From: Bilabrum cf. latius
Lineage: Eukaryota
Direction of reading: 5' to 3'
NCBI GenBank assembly: GCA_965178125.1
Contig: OZ237753.1
Span: forward strand, 868,001 to 932,000
Length of the DNA stretch: 64,000 bases
The notes beneath the pieces were generated by a model, which saw nothing but the letters and a program-made list of their open reading frames with translations, ran no database searches and was not told the origin of the DNA. Position numbers and translations under genes: made by a program. Positions 12,801 to 23,220 of this stretch are shown piece by piece (positions within the stretch are counted from its first letter, which is position 1; each line of letters begins with the position of its first letter).

Positions 12801-15800
12801 GCGGGCTGACGGACACCGCAGTGCTGAGGATCCACATCAACGACCTCCCTGAGGCACCGAAGCTGGTGAGTGCCTCCACCCTGTCGCAGGTCCACCGGCA
12901 TATAGCCAAGGACGCCGCCCCTCAGTCGAAGGTCACCGGCCCCGCGCTGGTGGTCAGGGACGAGGATCGCGCCGACGACACGTTCTACTTTGAGGTGACT
13001 GGGTGCACGGGCGAGGGCTGCGAGGCGTTTGGGTTCTCCCCCGAGACCGACCCGAAGCTTCGCCTGATCGACCCCTCCCTGCTGGATGCAACCGTGGGGG
13101 CCTACGAGGTGACGGTCACGGTGCGTGCCAGAGACCACCCCAACGCCGCCGAGGGACTCTTCACAGAGGAGGGCCTGCTGCGAGTCATCGTCACGTGCGC
13201 CGAGGTCGCATGCCCCGGTGGCCAGGCAGCCATCGGGACCTGCGGGCCCAACAGCTCGCCGCAATGCGTCGATCTGGACCAGACGGGCCCTGCCGTCAGC
13301 GGTGACGAGGAGAACAACTTTGAGGTCAGCTTCCGAGGGAGCGCCGGCAGCACCAGCGCGAGTGCGAATCTGGAGGTGGTGCCTCAGGCGGCGGGCCTGG
13401 GCGAGAGCGAGGACACTCAGACCAGCAGGGACGACGCATGCGGGGCACAAGTGAGCCTCACGTGGGCCGTGGAGGCAACGGGAGCGCAGGTCACCAGCCC
13501 CGCTGCTCAGCTTGATGCAATCCGGTTCTTCCGTGTGACAGGCAGCGCCTCGTCCTTTGCAGATGAGGAGCCCGCGAGGGCCGTGGTAGGGTTGAACGGG
13601 GCCAATGGTGGTGAGACCGTCATCATCAGCACGCCAAATCTGGCCCTCGGCGAGGCCGGCACTGTAACAGTGGATGAGATCCTCGTGTCGCCCGGCTGCA
13701 TCGACTCGCAGGCCAACCCGAGCGGGCTGCTGTCCCTGCCCGAGACGTGCTTTGTGCCCGTGCGCCCGCTGTCCACCGGCGAGGAGCTGGCCATCGAGGC
13801 AGTCTCTGTGCCCACTCGCTGCCATTGCAACATCTGTGGCGTGAGCGAGGGCCAGCAGGCCAGCACCTACCGGAACCCGGTGTGCGAAGTGGACTCGCTG
13901 GCTGCTTACTCTCTCGCGACCTCGTCTTGGTGCCCCTCCTGCACCGTGTGCTCCGGGGAGCAGTTTGAGACCAGGGACTGCCGGGCTCAGGATGCAGCGG
14001 ACGAGGCACACGGCACGGTCGCGGCTCAGTTCATGGACCGGGAGTGCGCCAACTGCGTACAGTGCGAGTACGATGAGTACGAGTACTCGTCATGCGGCAA
14101 TGACGATGGTAGAACGGACCGCGTGTGCTCGAACAAGATTGTGGACGGCTCGAACAAGAGACGCAAGGACGGCAGCACTGGCTCTAGGGGCCGGCTGTAC
14201 AACGCGCACAGCGATGGTCTCCGCAACGAGCGGTGCGAGTCGGAGATGGTGTTCCGGCTGTCGGACAGGGGCCAGGACGAGGGCGCAGTGGGGTGGTTCA
14301 AGATCGACGAGGTTCGCAGGGGTGACGTGCGGGAGGTGTACGCGTTCCAGGCAGCCAACCACAACGAGTTCACAATCATCATGGGGCGGTTTAAGAACGC
14401 CGACCTGCGATGGAGGCTCAGCTACCTGGGGATCGACCGCCGCCGTGAGAGCATGCCCTCCGAGCGCCCGTCCAACGATGACCCAAGGTGGAGGCAGACC
14501 AACATGATTGAGCAGCGCAGCGCGTGCGTGGAGACTTTCGCGCCGGCCACCATCCTGGAGGGCCCCCGCCGGTCCGTGAGGGGCACTGGATCCAGGGGCC
14601 GCATCGAGAATGCGTTCGACCTGGAGCAGAGGAGCGAAGAGTGCCACGTCATTGCTGACGTCCGGTACGTGTGCTCCGATCGTGGGGCCGGGTCCGAATG
14701 CGCCGAGGAGCAGACCTTCCTGATTCGGGAGACCCGCCGCGGCGACGTGCGCCTGGCCCAGACGGTCACTCTGCCCAAGGACACCGAGGCGAGGCTGGAC
14801 TTTGGAGTGCAGAAGAACGCCGACCTGCGACTGACGCTCTTCCATAGTGACGGCAGCGGTGGCTGGCGCCGCACCAACGATATCGACGTGCGCAACAGGT
14901 GCGCCCGCACCTTCGAAGAGGCCGTGGTGGAAGAGAGGCAGGACTCGGACAGGCGCACGTGGCGCAGAGGCAGGCTGTTCGGAGCATTCGGCGAGAAACG
15001 CGCTGCCAACGGAGACGTGATCGTGCATGTGGACTACTTCGACCTGGATGGACCCGCTACGGAGCGGTTCGTGATCGAGGAGACCCGCCGAGGCGATGTG
15101 CAGTTCGCGAGGCAGGTCACCATCCAGAACGGCGAGCGTGTGACTCTCAACCTGGGCCAGTTCAAGAACGCCGACATTCGGTTCGGGCTGTTCTACGAGA
15201 ACAGGCAGGACCGCGGTGACTGGCGCAAGGGCCACGAGATCGACATCCGCACGGAGAAGGTGGAGACCTTCGAGGCAGCGGTGGCGCTGGGCCCCTCGAG
15301 CAACACCACGAGGCGCACGGGTCCTCGGGGCCGCATCGAGGGGCTCTTCGGAGAGATGCGCGCCCCGGGGTGCAACGTGCACGTCAACGTACGCTACTGG
15401 GACGAGCACAGGTGTGACGAGGACCAGGTGGAGACCTTCCTGATTCGCGAGACTCGCCGCGGCGATGTGCGGTTTGCCAAGACCGTGACTATCCGCAACG
15501 GATAGACCGTGGACCTGGACCTGGGCTCATTCAAGAACGCCGACCTTCGTTTCACTCTGTACCATGAGCGTGAGCCCGGACACTGGACCGAATCCAACGA
15601 GATCGACATCCGCACGCACTGCGTGGATCTGTACAACGACGCAGACGGCAGCGATGACGCCGACACGATCCTGGGCAGGGGCGGCCGCTATGACCAGTAC
15701 ACCGGCTCGCGGGGCCGCATCATGACCGTGTGGGACTCCAAGAGGGCCGGGTCACAGTCTGGCCTCGTCACCGTGGACGCAGTGACCGGGGCCCAGACCC

Positions 15801-17704
15801 CCGTGCAGGAGGGTGACGTCATCGTACGTGTGGCGTACCGCCACCACCACGGTGCCGACCCGAAGCGGTTCCTGATCCGGGAGGTGCGCCGGGGCGACGT
15901 GACGATCAACAAGGGGGTAACCCTGCAGGACGGAGAGGAGAAATGGGTGAACCTGGGGCAGTTCAAGAACGCCGATGTGCGCTTCGGGCTGTTCTACTTC
16001 GACCGGGTGCACGGGTGGCGCATGGGCCGCACGGTGGACATCCGCACGGATACGGTAGAGGACTTCAGCCCACTGCAGGAGGCAGGTGGGTATGCCATCG
16101 AGAACCATCGTCACACTGGCAGTAGGGCTCGTCTGGAGACCATCACTGGGCAGAACCGGCTGTGCGACGGGAGCGTGGCATTCCGCGTGCTCTACTGCGA
16201 GGACGAGCGGTATGCCCCCGAGAGCCGGACCTTCGTGCTGAGGGAGACCCGTCGCAGGTCCTTTGCTGCCTCGATCGAGCTGAACAACTGCGAGGAGACC
16301 GTGGTGGTGATCCCCCAGTCGGACTTCTCCACGCACGACAGCCACTGGCAGATGTTCGACTGGAACGGCCGCGGGTCATGGGATGCATATGGCTCTCGGT
16401 TCACCGTGCGCAGCTCCTCCAACCGCGAGGAGGACGTGTGCCCGTCCCACCTTGACATCCCCGACGAGGAACAGTCCGCAACTACCCGCCGCTCTCTCCG
16501 CAGCGCCTCGGGTGCGCGCAAGGTGCAGTCCCTGCGCAACTCGCTCGCCAGCGGAGGCGTGGGCACTAGCACCCGCGTGCTGCTGCCCTCCGCCGCCAGT
16601 CTGCAGGCCAGCATCGACCCCCTCGCCCTCGGGTCTGCTGCCGCTCGTGCCGCGGAGGAAGCCGAGGATGCAGGTGCGGGTGGCGCCCAGTTCATGGCGG
16701 TGGCCTCCGCAGCCTAGTCCTCCATGCGCTCTGCGCTGGCTCGCGCTGATCCTAGTCTAGCGTCCCAGGTGGCGCTGTTCGTAAACGCAGACCCAGAGGA
16801 CGGCGAGCTGGGCGTGTCTGTGTTCCCTGCCGCGCTTGAGCAGGACGTGACCCTGGCCATCGGGGCGTTCGCCAGCAGCGGCGGGCTGGCTGCGGACCTG
16901 GGTCTGGATGCGACCAGCGGACAGGAGGGCCCCACGGAGGGCCCCCTGCAGCTGGTGAGCGAGGCGGAGCTGACCATCGACCGGACTGGAGCGGCGGCGG
17001 GGGCGGCAGATGCCGGCGCCGGCCCCGGGGACTCCACGACCGACGGCTCTGCACAGCCTGAGGACGGGGGTAGCTCCGACGCCGCAGCACCAGGCCCGCT
17101 GGATGCAGTCGTGTCCTCGCCGGTGGTACTGGGCGTCGTGGGCGGGGCTCTACTGGTGGCCATCGCGGCTGTGGCCGTGGCTGTGGTCACCGCTCTGCGG
17201 AACCGTGGGGCGCCGCGCGTGGTGCCCTCCATCGAGGAAGCGACGCTCCAGTCGCAGCAAGGCAGTGCTTCCACCGAGCTGGGGGGCAGCCTCAGTGCTT
17301 CCACCGAGCTGGGGGGCAGCCTCAGTGCTTCCACCGAGCTGGGGGGCAGCCTCAGTGCTTCCACCGAGCTGGGGGGCAGCCTCAGTGCTTCCACCGAGCT
17401 GGGGGGCAGCCTCAGTGCTTCCACCGAGCTGGGGGGCAGCCTCAGTGCTTCCACCGAGCTGGGGGGCAGCCTCAGTGCTTCCACCGAGCTGGGGGGCAGC
17501 CTCAGTGCTTCCACCGAGCTGGGGGGCAGCCTCAGTGCTTCCACCGAGCTGGGGGGCAGCCTCAGTGCTTCCACCGAGCTGGGGGGCAGCCTCCGCGTGA
17601 TGACGAGCCGGCGCGCGTCTGTCGGCAGTGGAGACGTGGCTCTGGCAGCTGCAGACAGCAGCGACAGCGAGGGAGACATGCCAGTGTCACCGCTGAGTGC
17701 TTGA
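6853..17704 (+). CDS. Giant single-pass surface protein (~3,575 aa): signal peptide, RCC1-like repeats, cadherin repeats, Cys-rich (GCC2/3- and TNFR-like) modules, six unrecognised repeats, TM helix, repetitive tail; exons 6853-7028, 7153-17704
   Basis: Signal peptide MRTCIGVLAAIASVVVS; CWG/CFG RCC1-like motifs; cadherin motifs LDHE, LDFE, DVNERP, DINEAPVF, AxDxDxG; CAVCAPGTFS; TM VVLGVVGGALLVAIAAVAVAVVTAL. One frame 7154-17704 with 12 TAG (8054, 8240, 8504, 8516, 9050, 9071, 9497, 11174, 11723, 12641, 15503, 16715), no TAA/TGA until terminal TGA. Confidence 0.88.
14177..16420 (+). repeat. Six tandem protein-level repeats (~110-125 aa), consensus TGSRGR...F.I.ETRRGDV...LG.FKNAD.RF.L...W...IDIRT
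   Basis: Motifs recur six times in the translation (sixth degenerate). Confidence 0.85.
17263..17592 (+). repeat. Coding minisatellite, 11 perfect copies of CAGTGCTTCCACCGAGCTGGGGGGCAGCCT (SASTELGGSL)
   Basis: Direct count of 30-bp units. Confidence 0.97.
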
Positions 17705-18605
17705 GGTGGGGAGTAGGAGAACGGTGGGGGTGAAGAAGAGGAGGAGGAGGAGGAATCCGCGGAGGAAGGATGATGGTGGGCGCGTGCTTCGTGTGGGTTT
17801 GTCTGGCTCTCTCGGGACGCGTGATTGCTTACATCGGTGCTGTCGGGATGGAGCTGCTGGTTGGCCTGTCTCGGTGGAGCGTGGGCGCTGTCGGGACGAG
17901 ATGGATCAATCGGCCGCCCCGGGACCCCACTGCTGGGGTCCCCTCTTTGCGCGCGCAGAACTGCTTCCGTGGAAGACTAGCTGTCGGCCTCTGCTGTTCG
18001 TGTTCTCGCGTCCAGTCACTATGGGAGGTGGCTGGGCCCGAGGGCTCGGGCGGTAGTGGTTCGGGACCTCTCGTCTTCTCGGTGGCTTCTGCGCGCGAGC
18101 AGGCGGGCTAGCCCGGGGCTCTCTCGTCCCACGGGCTGGCCCCCTGCAGGTTCATTCGTGTGTTTGCTATCGTTTGTGGTGCGGTGGTGTGGGGCGCAGC
18201 ACGGGCATCTTTTTGCCTGCATCGGGGACGTGGGGCGTGAGTTGGCCAGTTAGGTCCTGCGGTAGGTTTTGTCGTTATGGCATGCCGCTCGCAGGTTCTG
18301 CACGGTCGAGCACGCCCTCTTGTCCTTGAGCGCTTTGGTCGTCTCTGCAGGGGCGGCTGCCCGGGCCTGTCGCATTACCGCGGCGCGGCCTGGGCGGAGC
18401 CTCCAGCAGACTTGAATCGTACATACCTATGTATCCGAGTGCCCGTTTCGGGTGTGGTCCACAATCATGCACTGGCCTCTCGTGAGGCCCTGGCCAACGG
18501 TCCATCCATGCCAACAATCATGGCGGGGCCTTTCAGCAGGTGCAGCGGACTGTACTGCTCAACGGGTGGATTGGCGACCTCACAACGCCGCACCGACCCA
18601 CCCGG

Positions 18606-19673
18606 ATGCCAGGGAAGAAAAAGAAAGGAAAGAAGAAGAAGAAGGCTTCAGGACCACCACCACCTCCTCCAAGACCTCTAGTGATGGTCGATAGCTCCCA
18701 TGACCCGCTGTATACGTTAGTCGAACTCCAGCTCGTTGGCCGGGCATTCTCTCGCCTCAAGGTCGAGTTGGTGCTACCACTCACCACAAAAATTTGGGCA
18801 TTAAAGCGGAAATTAGTTGATAGGCATGGCCGAATGCAGGCGATGCGGCTGTACCTTGGAGGCGAGTCGGATGAGCACAGCATCACAAACGATGCACTTT
18901 CATTAGAGGATCTAAAGATTAAGGGCGCTTAGGCAACTGTTGGCAAATCCAAGCTGCCAAAGACAATTATTTACTACGATTTCACACCTTTTGATGCGTC
19001 AGAGCCCACATTATTGAGCGGTGAGTCTCTTGGGAAGGGACCGGCAGGGCTTACCTGCTGGTGTTTATAGGCACCGCCGTCATCGTACAGTTCAGCCCCT
19101 CTTATTTGTATCGCAGAGCACTAGCGGTCTGATTTTGAAATGGGTGATGACGCAGCAGCCGCGTCCCGCCGCGGGTTCGCAGCCGCGTCTGGCCGGCCGA
19201 CGTCGACCGCCGGTCGTGGCTCCGCTCGCGGCGGGGCGGGCGCCGCCGGCGACGATGACGAGGACGCCAAGGGTCTGACCTACACTGGGCACACGATGCT
19301 GCCCCCTCCCCGGATCCCCCGCCCCGCAGGAGCCACCGTGGAGGCTGCCTTCAGGTTCGCAGAGGCCACTCGGGCCGCTCTCGAGGCCCAGGCGAAGGTG
19401 GAGCAGGAGGCGGCTGCTGCCGCTGCAGGGGCCCCCGAGGTGGACCCCAAGGAGGAGAAGATGATGAAGGCGATCGCGGTGGCGGAGGAGGCCGCCCGTC
19501 GGCGGGAGGCGGAGCAGCAGGCCAGGCTGGGTCGGCTGGCGGGAAGGGGGCGGGGTTCGGCTGCGGGGGAGGCCGAGGAGGGCGGGACAAGTGCAGCCAA
19601 GGGAGGGAGGGCTCTGTCCGCTGTCCATGCCATCGATCCAGATAGGGTGGCGACGGCATCCTACCGGTTTTGA
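18606..19673 (+). CDS. Hypothetical protein with Lys-rich N-terminus and probable ubiquitin-like domain; probable intron 19021-19116
   Basis: MPGKKKKGKKKKK...TKIWALKRKLVDRHG...LSLEDLKIKGA*...IIYYDFTP; TAG at 18930 and 19122 read through; GTGAGT...TCGCAG intron; ends TGA. Confidence 0.6.
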
Positions 19674-19834
19674 GCTCCTCGCGGAAATGAGAATGAGAAG
19701 CAAGCGCAGCCAGTAGCTTCCACTTGTCTGCAAACACAGGCCGACGGGATGACAAATCAATCCATATAAAGTTTGAATCTGGTCTGGTTGGGGCCAATAC
19801 TACAAGACTTGGCAGGGCTTGCTACAGCCGTTGA

Positions 19835-21052
19835 ATGTTGAAAGCCAAAGGCGGACTTCCGCCTCGAGAGGCATGCAGATTGGATCCAAATATGTATTCG
19901 TACTGTTATTGCGAAGAGAACTCGGCTCAACTTGCTATCCAAGCCACGAAACTGCCCGGTATTCGAGAGGATGATGTTTACTTGGTGTTTATTTCAAACG
20001 ATGCGAGGAGCGTAGCGATGTGGCACCAAGGCGCAGAAAAGCTGCCATTTCGAGATGCAGTTCGATTGGACAGTGATGCTGTCATATGGGATTTTCACGT
20101 TATCGTGCTTCTGCGGCGTCCGCGCGGCTGCTCTGTGTATGATCTCGACAGCCGCCTGTCGTCGTCTGAGTGGCCGATCGCAGCGCACAGATACTTTGGT
20201 ATCACTTTCAGAAGCTGGATGAAAGGGAAAATCAAAAGCACGCTGCAGCCGTAAGTCATGGCACCGCCCTTCTGAACCGGGCATGTTTCTGTGGTGTTTA
20301 TGGACACGATTCCATGCGAAAGCCCAACGCCAACCTATCCTGCCCCCGCGCACCGCAGGAGCTTCCGGGTCGTCCCTTTGCGCCGAGCCAAGCTGGAATT
20401 TCGTAGCGATCGCAGACACATGCGAGCAGCGTCAGGCGGCTGGCAGCAGCCCCCACCGCCCGGCCCGTTTCCGTTCGAAGACGCCGCCCCCCGCGAGGAC
20501 TCTCCCCCTCAGGCTGCCGGTGCCAGTGGCACCAGCACCAGCACTGACGGCGATAGCGGATCTGCTGGCTGCAGCCCAAAAGCTGCAGCCGACAGCGGCA
20601 GTGGTGCTAGAAACAAAAACGATGGTGCGGGCTTCCTCTTCGACCCCTCTCGGCACGGGGCGGCGCACCTGGGGTTTGAGCCAGGGGTGCACACGCTGCC
20701 GCTCTTCCTGGACATGTCCGGGGATATTCCGGGAGCTGTCCGCGTGGGCGATGCCGCATCAGGGGTCAGAATCCCTCCGCAAACAGCTGGGGCTGAGGCC
20801 AAGGACTCGGAGTCAGCACTTGGAGGTGAGGCCAAGGCCTCGGCTGCGAGTGCTGCCGGTGCTGGCCGAGCAGCGGATTCAGGGACTTCTTGTAGTAGTA
20901 GTGCCGGAAGCGGGGCCGTGTCTGAGGCAGGTGAGGGCGTGGAGCGTGAAGCTGCAGACTTGGGTGCTTCTGGTGATGGTCCTTGTGCCGGGTGGGGGGG
21001 ATTCGGCAAAGTCATGGACCTGGAACAGATGCTGGCCTGGGTGAAGGCATGA
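19835..21052 (+). CDS. NTAQ1: Protein N-terminal glutamine amidohydrolase; exons 19835-20250, 20359-21052
   Basis: YCYCEEN, VFISN, VIWDFHVI, VYDLDSRL (Cys-His-Asp triad motifs), FRVV...FRSDRRHM; intron GTAAGT...CGCAG restores frame; ends TGA. Confidence 0.9.
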
Positions 21053-21260
21053 GCTGTCTCTAGGCTACTAGTAGGCCTAGGGCCTACCCAGGTAGGTTGG
21101 GCACCCGCACAAAACCGCGCGTTACTACGTACAAAAGTGACTTTCAAAAGTCGAGCCTTCTTCATCCTGAACGCACGACCATGTCATCAAACAAACAATC
21201 AAATGGCATCAGGGCTTGATGTAAAGGTCACCGGCTGTCGCTGCGGAGTTTACGAAGCGA

Positions 21261-21842
21261 ATGTGCTCTGAGCCCGAGACTTTGCGTCGACGCACAGTGC
21301 ACGGGAACTTTCGCCGAGACGAGGGTATTACCAGTCAGCAATAGATGTACAGGGATGTTTACATCTATAAATGTGGCGTACCTGAGCAGTTAGTGCCGTT
21401 CGGGTACACTCTTCGCGTTATACACGGCGAGAGATTAATGAAGGATGTGATTCGGGGCCATGTTGCTCTTGTTACGCTTCATGTTCACTGGGTTCGGGGG
21501 GGAGATGGAGAGAAGCCATACATTCTCAATATTCGGCTAGATTGGATCGATGAAGACGAAGCCAGAGAGCGAATTCGATCCAAAATTCCCTTGTACAAGT
21601 ACGCAAGCTTCCAAGAGTTCAGCGAGGCGTTCATGTCTGCCAACCCCTCTGCATCTAAGTTCTCAGCTTCTATATGTTGGTACGGAAGACATACGGGATC
21701 AGATAGTGCACTTGATCGGACTGAAGCAGAAATAGAACGAAACGGATTCGGCGAAGGCAAGGAACCCGCAGAGCCAGGATTTGCGTTTGGCACGACCTGG
21801 AAGCCGGTTGTTCTGTCAAATACGAAGTTGAAGACAGCCTAA
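21261..21842 (+). CDS. Hypothetical protein (start 21261 if TAG 21342 is read through, otherwise 21345)
   Basis: 165-193 codon ORF with globular composition; ends TAA. Confidence 0.5.
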
Positions 21843-22168
21843 GAGCTCTATTTAGCGGCATCTGCATGGTGTGCTGGTCTGTATTCGCCTGCAGAGAGCA
21901 ATACGTTGCTGAAGCAACTAGGAAGACGCACAGGCCAATGCAAAGTCTTCGCTTGGTTACCCTTGGATGACTCGGAACCGCCAAGCCTTGCATGCACCTT
22001 TTGCACAACGTCTGTTGGGTGCTAGACTCGTAATCGCGTGTGCGACCTCGTCGTTGCAGTTCTTTGGGTATGTGATGACTATGCGACCACCGGAGATGAG
22101 CATGCTCGCCTAGAGCATGCTCGCCCAACTGGCCTCATAGTTGCAACTTGGACAAGGACCCCGTGCTT

Positions 22169-22742
22169 AATGGACTACCGGGCATTTGTGTCTGATTTCA
22201 GCCTTCTTGCTGCTATACTTCTTCTCTCTGGCCTGATCGTGGCTGCCGTCCTTGGGGTGCTACCGCAGGTACTCGTGTCGATAAAGCTCTTCATTGTTGC
22301 ATTGATTGCGATATTTGCAGCCAACGTCAAGGACCCTTCCATCGATCCAAGGAATCCTATACGAGCATTTGGACTCTGCGTCCTGACTGCCGCCCTTTTT
22401 TGTGCATTTGCTACACCTGAGCGGCATCAGGTACTCTCCATCGTTGTTTCGAGGATTGTCGCAGTTGGAGTGATGCCGGTTGGGTGTTTAGGACTGATTA
22501 AAACGCTCATTCGTAGAATTAAGCAACACGATGACTTCTTCAGGTTGACGAAGATCCGAGATGCATGGCAAGCTGTGTCGTACGTGGTGGTTGTGACATG
22601 CGCAGCCTATTCCCGCCGCGCTTTGGATTGTTTGTGTTGCCGTGCACGAACAGTGTCGACTCGAGTCGTACCGGTACAAGGTGGTACTGCCCAAGGTGGA
22701 GATGTGCCTGAAACTGCTGCCGATGTCGGCAGGATGGGCTGA
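22169..22742 (+). CDS. Hypothetical multi-pass membrane protein
   Basis: Several hydrophobic segments in ORF 22038..22742; first clear ATG at 22169; ends TGA. Confidence 0.5.
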
Positions 22743-23220
22743 TGGCCGGTAGAAGTCCAGACTACCCCTAAGACTATCACGATAAGTGTACCTCTGCTAG
22801 CCGACTGTATGGGTGCGCGGGAGCTCTTCAGATCGTGCACTTGTGACTGAAGTGCGATTCACAAGAGGCAGTTTGGAGCAGCAGTTCGTATCAGGCTGGG
22901 CAATGGAAGATGGCCATGGTAGCAAGCTGGGCACTCGGTACGGAGCGAGCGCAGATCAGCCATCGTTAAGACTTTGAGAATCAATTCAGTTCGAAAATCC
23001 TTTTAGTGCTACTCTTTATCTTTTTAATGTCTATTCGCCTACGTGCTGCAAGTCCAATAGCGAGCCATAGTTCCGTGCGGTCCGCTTCAACGCGCCTCTT
23101 TCGTGGATTGGCCCAAGCAAAAACAGCCATCTTCCCTGGCCTGACTGTTCGCAAAACCCAAAACAGCTATACGCTCGGCGCAGAAGCTCGATCCGATCAT
23201 CCGGAGTCCGGATATATCCC

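Noticed and set aside
9050-16717. TAGs as 3' splice sites of small introns
   Set aside because: The sequence upstream of each TAG is uninterrupted domain-coding sequence with no matching GT donor; the real acceptors here are YGCAG.
17263-17592. CRISPR-like array
   Set aside because: Head-to-tail identical units with no spacers, in frame within a eukaryotic CDS.
11555-17679. Long antisense ORFs (11555..14011, 14090..15409, 16714..17679; likewise 24106..25680, 32760..34163, 51795..53033, 59196..60683)
   Set aside because: Shadow ORFs of GC-rich codon-biased genes on the opposite strand, with no recognisable motifs.
21053-21100. TAG-rich short palindromes (CTACTAGTAG, AGGCCT, CCTAGG) after the NTAQ1 stop
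   Set aside because: Too short and unique to support a functional element.
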